A stretch of 58,772 bases of DNA, filler included, from Squatina squatina (taxonomy: Eukaryota), in the NCBI GenBank assembly GCA_031763465.1. It is 3 parts of 3 records of this genome, joined end to end, with 100 filler letters (N's around TTAATTAATTAA, not from the genome) between each part and the next. Parts side by side here need not be neighbours in the genome. Positions count along the whole stretch, not along the records: positions 19,126 to 41,857 come from JARFOE010000230.1; 2 more parts are not named here. One strand, written 5' to 3'. A program made the position numbers and the translations under genes. How positions within the stretch are numbered: the stretch's first letter is position 1; the number at the start of each line of letters is the position of its first letter. Below, one piece after another: positions 26,241 to 39,883 of the stretch. The notes below the pieces were generated by a model, which was not told the DNA's origin, searched no databases, and saw only the letters and a program-made list of their open reading frames with translations.

Positions 26241-27472
26241 AGTTAGGTCCAGAGGAAGGAGCAATCCACCTGGCTCTACCATAATAAAACAAAAATAATT
26301 TTTGGATCATTTTTTGAGTGGTCTGCAGCAGCTCAGCTCATTGTCTATTAAAATCACAACAGAGTCCTTACATGGGTGTACGACCTGATTTAAATTTAAA
26401 TATTGAAGTAAGGTTCCCGCCCGTTTCAGGTGAGAGCATTGCCATCCATTTTGAGATCTGCTTAAAAATCAAGTTGTGCGTCCAAAGGCTGGGTGACTTA
26501 CCTGTCGATGATCCCGCCATCTTCCAAATCAGCCTGTTCTTCTGAGTGGGAGTCAATGGGGTTGTCCTTCTTTAAATCAGAGCCCAATGGCATCATTGGC
26601 TCCCAACTGCGGATTTAGCTCTGGCCTCAATGGGGAAGCCTTCCCAAAAGGTGAAGATGGTGAGAAGGTGCTTTGGGTCCAGAAGAGGCCATTGATGGTA
26701 AGTTATTTTACTTTCCTTGTGGGGTAAAAAGGAAGGTTTAGGCCTTCTCTTCCCTGAGCTTCTCCCTTCATTACATTCTTGCCTGTGAGCCTTTCTTTGG
26801 TGCTGGCTTCTTGCCGCCTGAACGTCCACTCCCTACCGATGGCTAGCTACCATTTCCTCCCTATTTAAGACAGACAACAGACAGACAGCATGCAGATGTG
26901 GCCCGGTTGTTAAAATCACCCAGTCCTCACATTGCCACTTTTGGCCGCGTTTGTCACTCGCTCTATCCCAATCCTAATCCAAATCGCACTTCCATTTAAA
27001 ATTTCCCCCTTAAATAGTCAGAGCCATATGGAAACCCAAGTATCATTATAATGACCACCTTTGAGATCAACACAGCAGATGCTCTATCTGGACAAGTGGT
27101 TTCATCAGGTTCAAGTGTGAATTACTCATTTATTGTGTGGACTGAAGTTAGGTGGTTCCTATGGATAGGTGATTTCTGGCTATGGGGTATTTAGGACTTG
27201 TCCCTAACCATCATACCCACACACAAAATAAATTAAATAATGATTTTAATTATAGCACAAGAAAGGTCATGCAGCCGTGAAAGTATGAATTGTTGTGCAG
27301 ATTCTGGATTTCCGGGAGATGGGATTTTAATAGCCATCAATTTGAATAAATGCACGCTAAAGAAAAAGGATTAAAATTGAAGAGCATTCTAAAATCTAGC
27401 TAGAGTAGATAGTTCATTGTTGTATTTAATAGTGATTTATGGATTGTTTGCCTTTCTCTTGAACTTTTATAT

Positions 27473-27505
27473 TCTCTCTCTCTCTCTATATATGTGTGTG
27501 TGTGT
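27473..27505. repeat. Compound microsatellite (TC)n(TA)n(TG)n
   Basis: Read directly from the sequence. Confidence 0.85.
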
Positions 27506-29567
27506 TTTCATTGTTTTGAACATTGTAATTGAATTCTTCTTGCCCAAAATCTATTTACATTAATCCTGTGGCCTCCAGGATTATTTTAATAATCTAATCA
27601 GCTCTTTTAATATTAGTGTGGAGAATGTAATACAATTTTTCCTGCAAAGAAAAATGCTCTATAATTCCTTCCAAATGAATTATTCAATAGTTTTCGTGAA
27701 CCAAACCAGCTGAACTTGACTTGTCTGAATATCACACATAATGATTTCTGCATTTGTCTTGAAATTGCTGAAAGCAAGAATTGCTTTTGATGTTTAAAAC
27801 CTGCTGCCTGGCAACAAACAATAATTAAATGCAATTATGCCTGCAAAATACATTACGCTGTCATTGAAAATATTTCACATTTACTATTAATTTTTATCTT
27901 AAAATGCCCCTAAATCTATAAAATTCAATTACTTCCCTTTTAAAATTATGCCATAGTCATTGATGAAGCTGCTGTTAACTATTGATGTTAAATTTCTGTA
28001 TTGTGATAGTAAATGACAGTTTTATTTCTGGTGTTATGGGTGCAGTGTAGCTATTCTTTCATATAATTCTCTGAAGTGTGACAAGTGTGAAGTGTTATTC
28101 CAGTATACTGAATATGCTGTGTTGGCAATTTTATTATTACCTTGCAGATCTGATTTTTCTATATTGAAAGATGCTGAAAATTGAATGCATCAAATATGAA
28201 TGCATGAAATATCAATGTAATCATCTGTAGGAAAAGGCCAGAAATTGTAACAAGTACTCAGCAATTGTGCCAAGTTATAATTGTAAAAACAACATGCCCA
28301 TTTCTTTGCAGAACTTCAAATGGTATTGGCTGATATCAATACTGTGTCAATCCTGCATCAAGGCCTGAATGACTGGGATTGGATTCGGGATGGCTTCATC
28401 TCTCATTTTAAAAATCCTAATCTGGACAGCAGATAAGCACAAAGCCCACAAGTAATGGCTCAGTTTGGTTTGATCTACTTAACCAAGCCCATCAGACTTG
28501 AACTTGGTAGNNNNNNNNNNNNNNNNNNNNNNNNNNNNNNNNNNNNNNNNNNNNNNNNNNNNNNNNNNNNNNNNNNNNNNNNNNNNNNNNNNNNNNNNNN
28601 NNNNNNNNNNTGACAATTTTGTAGTGCTGGACATGGCAGTGCTGCAATGTTATTGCAGCATTATTCATGTCACTCTACTACATTCTGTTTACTAACCTGC
28701 AGACAAGATAAGAATGCCCCTTCAGCATGCATTTTTTTAGATTACATGGACCTTTCAGCAACAGTCTATTGATTCTTGCTGATCAATACACATAGGCCAG
28801 ACAGAACTGATATACCGCTCAGTGGAAGATGTGATATATTTTGCATTATACTGAGATAATCAAGCATTTCCGTTGATCCATGCAAAAGAAAACTACACAG
28901 TCAAAGTTAATGCAATAATCATGAAGCAGAAAGTTCTCTCCATTAATTGTGATGCAAAATTGGACTTTAAGTGACCTCTGGAGTCAACTTTCTGTGATAT
29001 GTAGATGCAGATACATCTACAGATACATCAGTACAACTGAGTGATTCAGGTCAGAGCTCCACTGTAGCATGAACCCTTCAACTCTTAGATTTCAAGTAGA
29101 TTGAAGCATGACTGAAGCTGCATAGATTAGATCCAGATTGCTGATCCACATTGATCAATTAAATTCTTGTTTCAAAGATTGACATCTCCCTACTTCAAAA
29201 CCCTGCAGTCTTACTATGTGTGAAATCTCCATCCTTCACAGATTTTGGTCCACCTGGGTTTCTTGACAGAGGAAGCAGGAGATGTTTTCAGCCCTGTTGT
29301 GTCGAAGGGTGGCCCGTTGGGCGAGTTGGTTCAATGGGCTGATATCTTGGCCACTCTCTATGTGTTGGGCCACAGCCTGAAGATCTCAGCCACTTTAAGG
29401 GAGCTACAAAGGTACTGTATCTATCAGTCACTTTAACACTGAATTTAAGGTTTTATGTTTGCAATGTTTTTTTTTAATTCGCAAACAAAGAGATTTGTTG
29501 TTCAACAGTCGTAGTGCTGGATATCTGTTCAAGGTTGATAATATTTGCACAACAGCCAAGTACTTCA

Positions 29568-29695
29568 GCTGCTAGAAATTTGAAATAAAAACAGAAACAC
29601 TCAGCAGGTCAGACAGCATCTGTGGAGAGTGAAACAGAGTTAACCCTCTCCCCACAGATGCTGGCTGACCCTCCTGAGTGTTTCAGGCATTTTCA
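29568..29695. mobile_element. Penelope-type terminal repeat in foldback arrangement
   Basis: GAAACACTCAGCAGGTCAGACAGCATCTGTGG (29594-29625) and its imperfect reverse complement at 29652-29684; same motif at about 43190-43230. Confidence 0.65.
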
Positions 29696-30594
29696 GACAC
29701 TATCTGGGGTCTGAATCTGTGTGTTACTACTAGGTTGGTAGAAAAATAAAATAGTGAAGACAGCAGCCATTATACCTGTACACTATTTATATTAGAGACC
29801 AAGCTGCAGGGTGGAACTGGGGGAGGGAGTATCATTGACATTATTTTATGGTTACTTATTAGAAGGAATTCTTGCTTAATTAAAACTCCTAGTTAAAGAA
29901 CTTGCTCTTATTGAATTGATTTAGGATGAACAAATGAACAAATTGGTGTCTTGGAAGTTACCCAAATTAAAAAGTTATTTATTTTCACTTCTCCTTTGGC
30001 TTTTGGGTATGATGTCCATCCACTTATCCTCTACAGGCAAGACTTTGCAGTCCTAGTCTGGCTGACAACCTCCCTAGTAAAGACTGAATCTGCCTACCGC
30101 CCTTTGAGTGCCTCATTCTAGCACCTGAAATATCGGGTCTCCGGATCCTTTGTGCTTGATATGCATTTCCTGGGAGAACCCCTGGCATGGATGGGTGGAT
30201 TCTGCCTGAAACAGGCAAGAGCATTTAAATTGTATGTTAATGACGTCCAAAAAGATGACCACTCGGAGAAGGTGGGTATTGGAGGTGTCAGCCAGCCCCT
30301 TCAGATTGAAGGGTCTGAAAAGGGGCACCAGCAAGCAGCTCACATCAACAGCAAGCAATGTTTCACATTCATTTATGCCAGCAGAGCTGGAAGCTGTTTG
30401 GCTCCTGTTCCAGAAGCCAGTTGGAACTGTACAGTTCTGATGCCTGTGGGTACACTCCCCACCTCACCCAGAGATATCTCCTGGGAGATGCAAGATGAGA
30501 AAACCAGCTAAAACCCAGGTCAATTAGGGGAGGATAATCTGGAAATTCCTCTGACCCCTTTTATATGTGATTGAAACTAGTCCAAATCATCAGT

Positions 30595-30925
30595 TAGGAC
30601 TGAAGAGAAATTTCTACAGAGAATGGTGAATCTTTGCAATTCTCTACCCCAGAGGGCTATGCAGGTGCAGTCAGTGAGTATATTCAAGGCTTTAAGACCA
30701 TAAGTAGGAGTAGGCCATTCTGCCTGCTGAGCCCACTCCGCCATTCAATTGGATCATGGCTGATCGATCTATCTATCTAGAGGTCTCNNNNNNNNNNNNN
30801 NNNNNNNNNNNNNNNNNNNNNNNNNNNNNNNNNNNNNNNNNNNNNNNNNNNNNNNNNNNNNNNNNNNNNNNNNNNNNNNNNNNNNNNGGGGCCGAATGGC
30901 CAACTCCTGCTCCTAGTTCTTATGT
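30595..30925. mobile_element. CR1 3' fragments in both orientations, split by a gap
   Basis: Plus-strand WNSLP-like segment at 30620-30690, minus tail at 30699-30770, plus tail GGGCCGAATGGCCAACTCCTGCTCCTAGTTCTTATGTTCT at 30888. Confidence 0.75.
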
Positions 30926-31067
30926 TCTACCTTTCACTTTCAGATGCTGACCGACCCTGTACATTTCTGACATTTTCTGCTTTTAATTTAGATTTATGGT
31001 ATTCAGTTTCTCTTTTTTTACCCTTCTACCACAAGGACTCAAAATTTGGCGTTTGTTTTCTTCACAG

Positions 31068-31139
31068 AGCACAAGAGAAATAGAAACTAAAAAAAACGAA
31101 GGCCGGTTGAAGCTTTTTGCCCTGGATGCGGATACACAG
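31068..31139 (+). other. zbtb38: Candidate zbtb38 penultimate exon D (72 nt)
   Basis: Acceptor GTTTGTTTTCTTCACAG ending 31067; donor CAG|GTGAAG at 31140; open in frame with the main CDS (STREIETKKNEGRLKLFALDADTQ). It resembles my recollection of the mammalian pre-ATG exon, which is unverified. Confidence 0.6.
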
Positions 31140-31439
31140 GTGAAGTTTGATTTTTATTTGGTTTTTTTTTAAACAATAAATCCAGTGGACCTGAAATTCC
31201 ACCATTGTTTCGGGACTACGAGCGTGCGCTTCCAGCAAAGGGGGGCAGGAAATTGAGGGCTCAAGTCAGACACACCAGAGTTACACCTGTTCTGAAAATG
31301 TGCTAAATTTGGGTGGAACTTAAGTTTTGTTTCCCGCTGCTGCAGCGCGTCTCCCCAATTGTTCCCCCTGCCTCATCCCAAATCTGGATGCATTTGAAGC
31401 ACAAGACCTGGCATTTTGTCTGCCCCTAACGTCACCTTC

Positions 31440-31617
31440 CTTTCCTCCTTTAAGACCTTAAGTTCCTTAAAACCTCCCTCTTTGACCAAGCATTTGGTCC
31501 CCTGCCCTAATTTCTCCTTATGTGGCTCGGTGTCAAATTTTTGTCTTATAACACTCGTGTGAAGCGCCTTGGAACATTTTACTACGTTAAAGGCACTACA
31601 TAAATATAAGTTGTTGT
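31440..31617 (+). mobile_element. L2 LINE 3' end
   Basis: CTTAAAACCTCCCTCTTTGACCAAGC ... GTGAAGCGCCTTGGAACATTTTACTACGTTAAAGGC ... AAGTTGTTG. Confidence 0.8.
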
Positions 31618-34600
31618 AAATACAAATTGTGGTAAATTCAAGTTGTTGTTAACTTCTCTAAGTGGTTAAAACCTGTCCTGCTTTTAGATTAGCATCAAGT
31701 AAAACTGCTATTCCAGCTGACCCAGATGTTGGGGAAGGGGGTCGGTTGTATTGATACAGATCTGAACTATTACTGGCCTCTGGCTCACTCAGAATTTCAA
31801 TCCAATTTTATAGGTAAATTGCCTTTAAATGAAATTGTAAGCCTTGATAATTGTATGGTCAGTGATGCATAGTCCCAGCCCTGATAGTCTACATTCTAAC
31901 AGATGTCATAAAGGATCATTTTCTAACAATGTTAGCCCCTATGGTGTTGCTCATTACTAGTCTCAGATCTGCAGCACAGCTGTGAAGTTCAGCCACTAAA
32001 GTGTTTTTTTCTGGTCTGTTCCTTTAAGGCCACTGTCCAACAACTTCCAATGGGATAGTGCGCTTAGTAGCCATGTCCTGAAGTCAATTAGCAGCTATTT
32101 GCTGTTCCTTCGGGAAATTTGCCTTTCGATTGACATCTGCTTATAAAACTCCTATTTCTCTCGTTGAGAAAAGGCTAGGTAATCGAGGTCAGAGGAAACT
32201 AGCAGGAAATAACTGGTATTTATTCTCTTGTTAAGTTTATTTTTTGAAATTGCTCAGTTCTGATTTATTGCAAATTTGATACTTGAGCCAAACAGGTACA
32301 AGGATAACATGTTCTTTGTCTACGTGACACTTTCGATACTGGACACCTGAGATGCAACACGACAGTTATATTGTGGATAATAGAACAATTGGTCCCTTCA
32401 GTAAAGGTAGCTGATAAGTAATTCCAAAAAGATCAGAAATCTGCATAATAGCTTATAAATACGAAATAGAAATGCTCTAATTTGGTGTAGCCAGGAATGT
32501 GCCTATATAATTGAATGCTAACTTATGGCACACTGAGTGCAACTTGACAGTTGGAAAGATAATATTGATTGTACTGTGAGAAATTATACAAAATAATAAT
32601 TGTGATCGCTGCTGAGGTGAAGAATCTGGCGCACAGTATATATTAAAACCAAGCTGAAATAAAAAGATTAGAAGCTAGCAGGTCTATTTAAAATCTGGTT
32701 GCGCGATATCGAATTGAAATGAAAGGGGCGCAGAGCCCTTTCCGTGGCAACGTGCACGTAGTATGATAGCAGAATTATGATGGGCTGGGGAAGGGAAGGA
32801 GTGCTGCAACTGCCTATACAGAAAATCTTAGTATCATATTCTGGAAAGAATTATCCTTGTCTGGCCTCGGTCTTCAGTGCAGAGTTTGATGCTTGCACAA
32901 GATTTGACAAATCCCACACACCAGCCCGCAAGCTGTGAACAGATTGGTACTTCCAATTCCCTTCTGTAGCCTGACTTCTCTAATATGGATTTAATCAGTT
33001 GTTTAATTGTAGCTTTGATGCTTTACTGATATCAAGAGAACACTCTAAATTCTTGCACCCAGACTTAAAGGATCTGCTTTTCATTCCCACTTTTCATTAA
33101 CAGCTATTATATTTTAAGTTTAATAAACTGAATGCGTACATTTAATTAATTTAATGTTGCTAATCCTTTGATGAACAATATATGTGTTTTGTGGATTGCA
33201 GAAATGCTCACTGCCATATTCAAAAATGCAATGAGTCCCCTTTTGTTGTGCTTGTATTGTGGATATATAGAAATAAATAACTATTAGTGAAAAATGATTT
33301 GCTCAGTATTGCTCTGTGCATCTTGTTTGATTGATGAAAATTAAGGCATATATTGGTGTGTAGTTTATCGTATCAACCTCTGCCAGAACTGAAACCAATC
33401 CAACCATAAGGATGAGTTGAACATTATACCCAAATGAGTGGTTAGATCAATAAATCAGCAACACAAGGTGCCTGAATAGGTTAGAAGCGATATATGCAAA
33501 AAGGCTGTGAAAGATAATGGCAACTATGTTCAGAATTACAATTTACAAAGCTGCAGAGCCAGATGATGAGCTGTCATGGATGGTAGCATACAGCATGCTG
33601 ACGGAGGAGAAGTGCTGGTCTTGCAGCCGAGCCCCAGCTCATTACCATGTTTTGTGCAATCTGTCTGCGTTTGTGGTCGGTCTCATTAAGGACATGGTCC
33701 TTGAAATAATTATCTTTGAGAGGGGCTGTGATATGCAAGTCACACACTGATTCCCAACAATTCTCACACTAATTCATGGCCCACATTTTTGGTGCCCTTC
33801 ACACATCTCGCACAGTATGTCGGTGTAGTGTGCTGAAAAATTCTCTTTGATGTTGCACAACAAATATTTCCTTTTGACTTGGTTCACATTCCATACAGTG
33901 CGTGTCAAAGCTAGAAGGAGCAAGGCAGAAGAGATTTTCATAACCAAGCTATAAACCACTACCCCTGCTGGTAGTACTTACAAATGTTCCAAGGAAAATT
34001 CCACTGAAAATAAATTGCATTGAATGAAAGAGCCACTAACTGTGCAGACTTTTATAAGATTATGATTTGAATAGAAACATATCTTAATATTATGTACCTA
34101 AATATGATAAATGAATTTGTTTTAAATACTTGTTAAGATGTATGAACTACAAAACTTTGCAAATCCATTCAGAATCTGCTTTTATTGTGATTACTGCTGA
34201 TTATCATACATTGTCANNNNNNNNNNNNNNNNNNNNNNNNNNNNNNNNNNNNNNNNNNNNNNNNNNNNNNNNNNNNNNNNNNNNNNNNNNNNNNNNNNNN
34301 NNNNNNNNNNNNNNNNAGTTGGTGTACAGCTCTCTCTCTCTCTCTCTTGCTCTCTGTTGCACTGACAAAACCCACCACATCATGTATCACCAAAATGATT
34401 TTAAAGCCAGATTTCTTAATGCTAATATTTACATTATTCGTGGAGTAACATCTTCCTAAGCATTTCTTAGTTGCTTCTCTGTACCAGGAAACTAAATGTA
34501 ACTGAACGGACAGATGGGTGAACTGTTAGCAGCTTTCCAGCTGTACCATTCTGAACCAATTGGTTGGATGTGTATGAGAGCTGTCTGGAAATGAGTCTCC

Positions 34601-36374
34601 CTCTGATTTCCCCTGTGTCCTAGTGGCCCCCACTCAGCACCATCCCACAGTAAGATAGTGCCATAGAACAAATTAAAATTTCCTATCACTTCAGCTGCAT
34701 AGTGTGATGAATGTCTACTGATTGCTCACTGTGCATAATGAAAAATGCTAAGTCACGAAATTAAGCTCTTCCCTTAGATATTCTCTTTTGTACAGTGGTG
34801 CTGGTTGTTCCTGTAACTGGCTGAGCATCTTATATTTAGGGTTGTTATGGCATTTATGCCTGGGTGGTGCAAAATCTGGCCTTTCAATTTTTGTCATTAT
34901 ACATCCTTAACGAAATTTGCTAAGAAACAAAAAGACATTTATTTTATGGATAACGGGACTTACTTTCTCTCAAATTTTTAACAATCTAATTATTGAAATA
35001 TGAAATCATTATGAAATGCAGTAAATCTTCAGGCAGACACTTCTTGTCACATTCAGAATCCTCCAAAGCACTGAGTATCCAATTAGTAACTCTGCTGTCT
35101 GCAGGCAGTTGAAAGGTCAGAATTGTCGATATACCTAACACGTCGAAATATTCCCTTATAAAATTCTGGATGAATTCCAATACTTCTTTTATCGAGGAAT
35201 GAACAATGACATCTGAAGGTATATTTTAGACAGGACTGACAACAGAAATATCTGCAGGGTGATCAGATTCTTTCATAGTTCCAGCTGTTCCACATTTGAT
35301 TAGCGAACTGTTTCAGAGAATTCTGTAATGACAGTTTTTATGACAGANNNNNNNNNNNNNNNNNNNNNNNNNNNNNNNNNNNNNNNNNNNNNNNNNNNNN
35401 NNNNNNNNNNNNNNNNNNNNNNNNNNNNNNNNNNNNNNNNNNNNNNNATTTCGATATTCAACCACCCAAGATGTGAGCCCAGAAACTATGCTGAGAGTAT
35501 ATGACTTCCTGGCATGAGGAAGACCAGACTGTCTGCTATTTTAATGGTGGTATTAACCCATTTAAAGTAAGCAACTTATCACCTTTTTATAATGTTGGAT
35601 AAAGTAATTTTATATGAACATTTTAAGCAATAAAGTATTAAACGGAAACTGCAGTGACTCAGAAACGTGAACTTCGTACTTTTTAATAATAGGAAAAGTG
35701 CATATCATTAATTCTGCATACATCTGATCAAGTGTAGGATGTCAATGAACCAACCCATTCATTACTGTGAAGATAAAATGGCAAGTCTTAAAAATTGGAC
35801 TTATTGCAGCAGAAACCTGTCGACCTGCAGATATAGTTACTAGTGAGATGTTGACGTTATGTTCTTTTAACATTTTAAACACTACGAAATTGACTGATGG
35901 CATTTTAAAAGAGAGAAAACTGTTTATTAATATTCCTCCTCCATGATCAGACTGAGCTGCGGAGCAGTTCACCATACGATGTGAGTTCACACATCAGTTT
36001 GAAGGGCAGTTACTGGCTCAATGGAGATTTATAGCTTTAAAATGCAATTCCTGGCTAAGTCATAGACAATGAGTTTTGAAAACTCATTTATATGAAGTTG
36101 TGATTACCATTGGGTAATAGTGTGCTGCAGCAGATGCTGACAATGAAGTACCAGAATTACTTAAAGCAGTGGCAAGAGAATGGTGTCCTGGAACCAGGAA
36201 TTTAATGCAGTTCAAGCATGTAAAGTGCATTTCTAGAGCAATGGATAACNNNNNNNNNNTGGATAGGTTGTGCCTGCTCAGGCACTGGGGGATTGGGAGA
36301 TCAGAATTAAGAAGACCCTGGACTCGCTTGTTGAGCACGATTTTTCTGCACAGATTTTAAATGGACTAAGAGTA

Positions 36375-36592
36375 CCAATGTGGGAAAATGTGAAGTTATC
36401 CAATTTGGTAGGAAGAATAGTAAAGCAAAATATTATTTAAATGGAGAGAGACTACAGAAAGCTGCGGCACAGAGGGATTTGGGGTTCTCGTACATGAAAC
36501 ACAAAACATTAGCATGCACGTGCAGCAAGTAATTGGGAAGGCAAATGGAATGTTGGCCTTTATTTCAAGGGGATGAAGTATAAAAGTAGGGG
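36375..36592 (+). mobile_element. CR1 RT fragment
   Basis: NVGKCEVI/YYLNGERLQKAAAQRDLGVLVHE/VQQVIGKANGMLAFISRG. Confidence 0.85.
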
Positions 36593-37549
36593 GCCCCCAA
36601 TTCTGGTTTTTAAAGTTTCTGGTGCTAAGGTCTGAATTGGGCAGCTCAAAATTAAGGTCTTTGAAATTTTCTGTTTAGGCCTGCAATTCGGAAAGCTTAG
36701 AAAACTTCTCAAACAGCTTTAAAAAAGGTGCTAATTTTAGCGCTAAAGGGCCAATGCTTAACGCTGATTATCTTAGTTTTTTTAAGCNNNNNNNNNNNNN
36801 NNNNNNNNNNNNNNNNNNNNNNNNNNNNNNNNNNNNNNNNNNNNNNNNNNNNNNNNNNNNNNNNNNNNNNNNNNNNNNNNNNNNNNNACTAACATTCTTT
36901 GATATGTGAATCGCTCCTCTTCATTTAAATCCAGGCTTTAGCCCGTTTGACAATGACAATTTGTTAAACATTTAGCTAGAGAAAGGACAAGCTTCTGTGG
37001 CATTGAATTTGTCATTTTACATGTGAATTTCAAACTGCCCAGGGACTTTCTATTACCACTAATTATCGTTTCTCACAGCCCACAGTCCCCTATGCTCTTC
37101 CTGTGTGATCACATAGTACCTGACAACAGTTGTATACAGCTGCTGCCCAATTCTGAAAATTAGATTTGCAAGTATCAATCTAACAATAAATCTCACTGAC
37201 ACTTTCATGGGTCAAAATAGTTAGCTTTGTCGTGTCTTGCTGAAAGCGATGAATTCCTGGTGTTCTTCCAGTGCTACAAAAGACTTCAAAGAAGATTAAA
37301 ATGAGACAAGATGAAAAATAGACCAGTTACCTGCCTGACCTCCACGTTCAGGCGAATGAATAACATGAGGGAAAGGATTTATTTTCAGGAAAAAAGTTAA
37401 CAACTTTTAAATTAAGGATGGAAAGATGAATAAAATGTCACGGCCACACATTGGATTGTTGATATTGAACCAAAAAGTATCCATTTGCCTATGATATCCT
37501 TTTATTAGCTCCCATTTCTCTAAGAAAGTTGACAACCATCTTGCTGTGT

Positions 37550-37712
37550 TCCAGGCCTCTCTGCGGCAACTGTCTCAGGCTGAACCAGACTGTTCGCAAC
37601 CTTGGCATCCTATTTGAACCTGAGCTGAGCTTCCCACCCCATGTCCTCTCCATCACCAAGACCGCCTACTTCCACCTCTGTAATATCACCCGTCTCCGCC
37701 CACCTCAGCTAT
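37550..37712 (+). mobile_element. L2 RT fragment
   Basis: LRLNQTVRNLGILFEPELSFPPHVLSITKTAYFHLCNITRLRP. Confidence 0.85.
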
Positions 37713-37832
37713 GCTCCTACCAAATAGTAAGCNNNNNNNNNNNNNNNNNNNNNNNNNNNNNNNNNNNNNNNNNNNNNNNNNNNNNNNNNNNNNNNNNNNN
37801 NNNNNNNNNNNNNNNNNNNNNNNNNNNNNNNN

Positions 37833-38086
37833 TCTTTCACGACGTGCCAAAGCGCTTTACAATTAGTACTTTGTTGAAGTGTTGTAATGTAGAAAACGCG
37901 GCAGCCATTTGCGCACAGCAAGCTTCCACAAACAGCAATGTGATATGAGCAGATAATGTTTCTGTTATGTTGATTGAGGGATAAATACTGGCCAGGACAC
38001 TGGGGTGAACTCCCCTGCTCTTCTTCGAAATAGTGCCACGAGATCTTTTATGTCCACCAGAGAGAGCAGGCGAGGCCTCGGATTTA
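37833..38086 (-). mobile_element. Deu-domain SINE
   Basis: CTTTCACGACGTGCCAAAGCGCTTTAC...GCGGCAGCCATTTGCGCACAGCAAG...GAGGGATAAATACTGGCCAGGACAC. Confidence 0.85.
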
Positions 38087-39883
38087 TTCATGTAGGAAAA
38101 ATTAGCAAACTAGTTATCTCAGTGTAGAACCTCCCTCCAAGTCAGGAAAAGCTGGCTATATTCCTGAAAGGCAAAACCATTGCTTGATAAGCTGAGACCG
38201 ATTCTGCTGTAAGATGTACTCCCACTTTTGACTTAATATTTTTTAGCTGTAATTATTTACTCCTCTGTACAATTGCATTAAATGATCCTGTTATTAGTAT
38301 GGGTGTGTTTTGTGAGAAGATTTAACGTTTGGATGCGAAGTGAAATATTACTGACTCACAATTTTAATTTTACAGCATACTTGCAAAGTAGGAAGTTTCA
38401 CACAGTAAATAGGAGAGAGGAGAAATGCTACTGTGGTTCTTGCATTAAAAAAAAGATTTGGAACTTTAACACTGTTGTGCCATTGTCATATTATGTTTGC
38501 ACCATACTTTACTGTACTGATGCAACTAAATAGCAGGTAAATTGTAGTATGTTTTGATCCCATTATCAGCAACACAAGATGCTTTCAGAGCACTGCTATG
38601 AAGCAGGTTGGGTAGTGGATTAATGGGTGTGTTGCCAATGCATCGTTTTTATGATTTTGTTGTGATGCACCAGCCTCAACCCCATTTGTCTGAGATCCCT
38701 TTTTGAGAACAATATTTATCAAGATATGAACAGCAGTGGTTTCAAAGTAATACACTGATATCTCCAACCTCACGACGTTCTTTCTTGTCAGCTGATGAGG
38801 CAGCCCTTTTATCGTCTGAAATTTGGCGATGAAAATAGATGATCGTGATGGTTAATTGAAGTACGTTATATCAAATGTCAAGCTTCCATATGATACTCTT
38901 GGCTTCACTTACTAAAGATTCACTACTTGTCTAAACCTGTGTGACAAGCTGCATACAACTGGTAGAAATGTATTAAGGCTTTCTAACACATGATATGATA
39001 GTGGATTTTCTTCTTCCCTTTTAATGCAGCAAAACCACTACTTTGTCTTACTACATTAAATTTTTAGTGCAAATTTCTTTTTAATAATCNNNNNNNNNNN
39101 NNNNNNNNNNNNNNNNNNNNNNNNNNNNNNNNNNNNNNNNNNNNNNNNNNNNNNNNNNNNNNNNNNNNNNNNNNNNNNNNNNNNNNNNNGTAGTTTTCAA
39201 GGTTATCAGAAGATAATTCGGAATTCTACTCCATTCCACAGGATAGCTCAGTTAAAAGTGAATTGATGATGCACACAATTGATTACCTTAAAACTACCTC
39301 GCTCCTCTCGAGATCTGTAATGATGCAGCAAACACGCCAAACTAAAATTCTTTGCCTGCAGAAAATTTGAACAATGTGACTTAGAACTTTTATGTCCATG
39401 ACGAATACAACTGTTTTCAGGTGTGACCACCACAAAAATCCAAAGAGGCTGCTGAGCTGTTTCTACAGATTTTAATCTTGAAGCGACTGTTTCTTTTCCA
39501 TTTCCATTTCTACAATATAGTGCAAGACAATACAAGATTCAAGATTAATCAGGCAGAAATTGAAATTTTACAATGCTCAATGGATTTATGCCTCTCTTTA
39601 TCTGTGCTTTTTAACAACTGGAAAGAACAGAACGTCATTTTGCAGATGAATCATCAGACATGAACACTGGGAGCTAGGTGTTGTGATTTGTATTCCAATG
39701 ATAAAAGTTCCTTAATATTCTCCAGAAAATACAGTGAGCTCATCCCTGATACTTCCTGAAATAATCAGTAGATCACCTGGTGTTCCTGATGAAAGTGTAT
39801 ACACCGAACTGAATTGAATGATACTTGTACAGGGTTTGGACACACACAGCATTGGCTTTTCATACTTTTGTGTTGATTTTCAG

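Noticed and set aside
30040-30510. ORFs at 30024-30511 as host genes
   Set aside because: No recognisable product. The region may be a LINE (RTE-like) 5' segment, but I cannot support that well enough to call it.
38585-38820. Minus-strand exon-like open frame
   Set aside because: Plausible acceptor, but no recognisable peptide and no clear donor.
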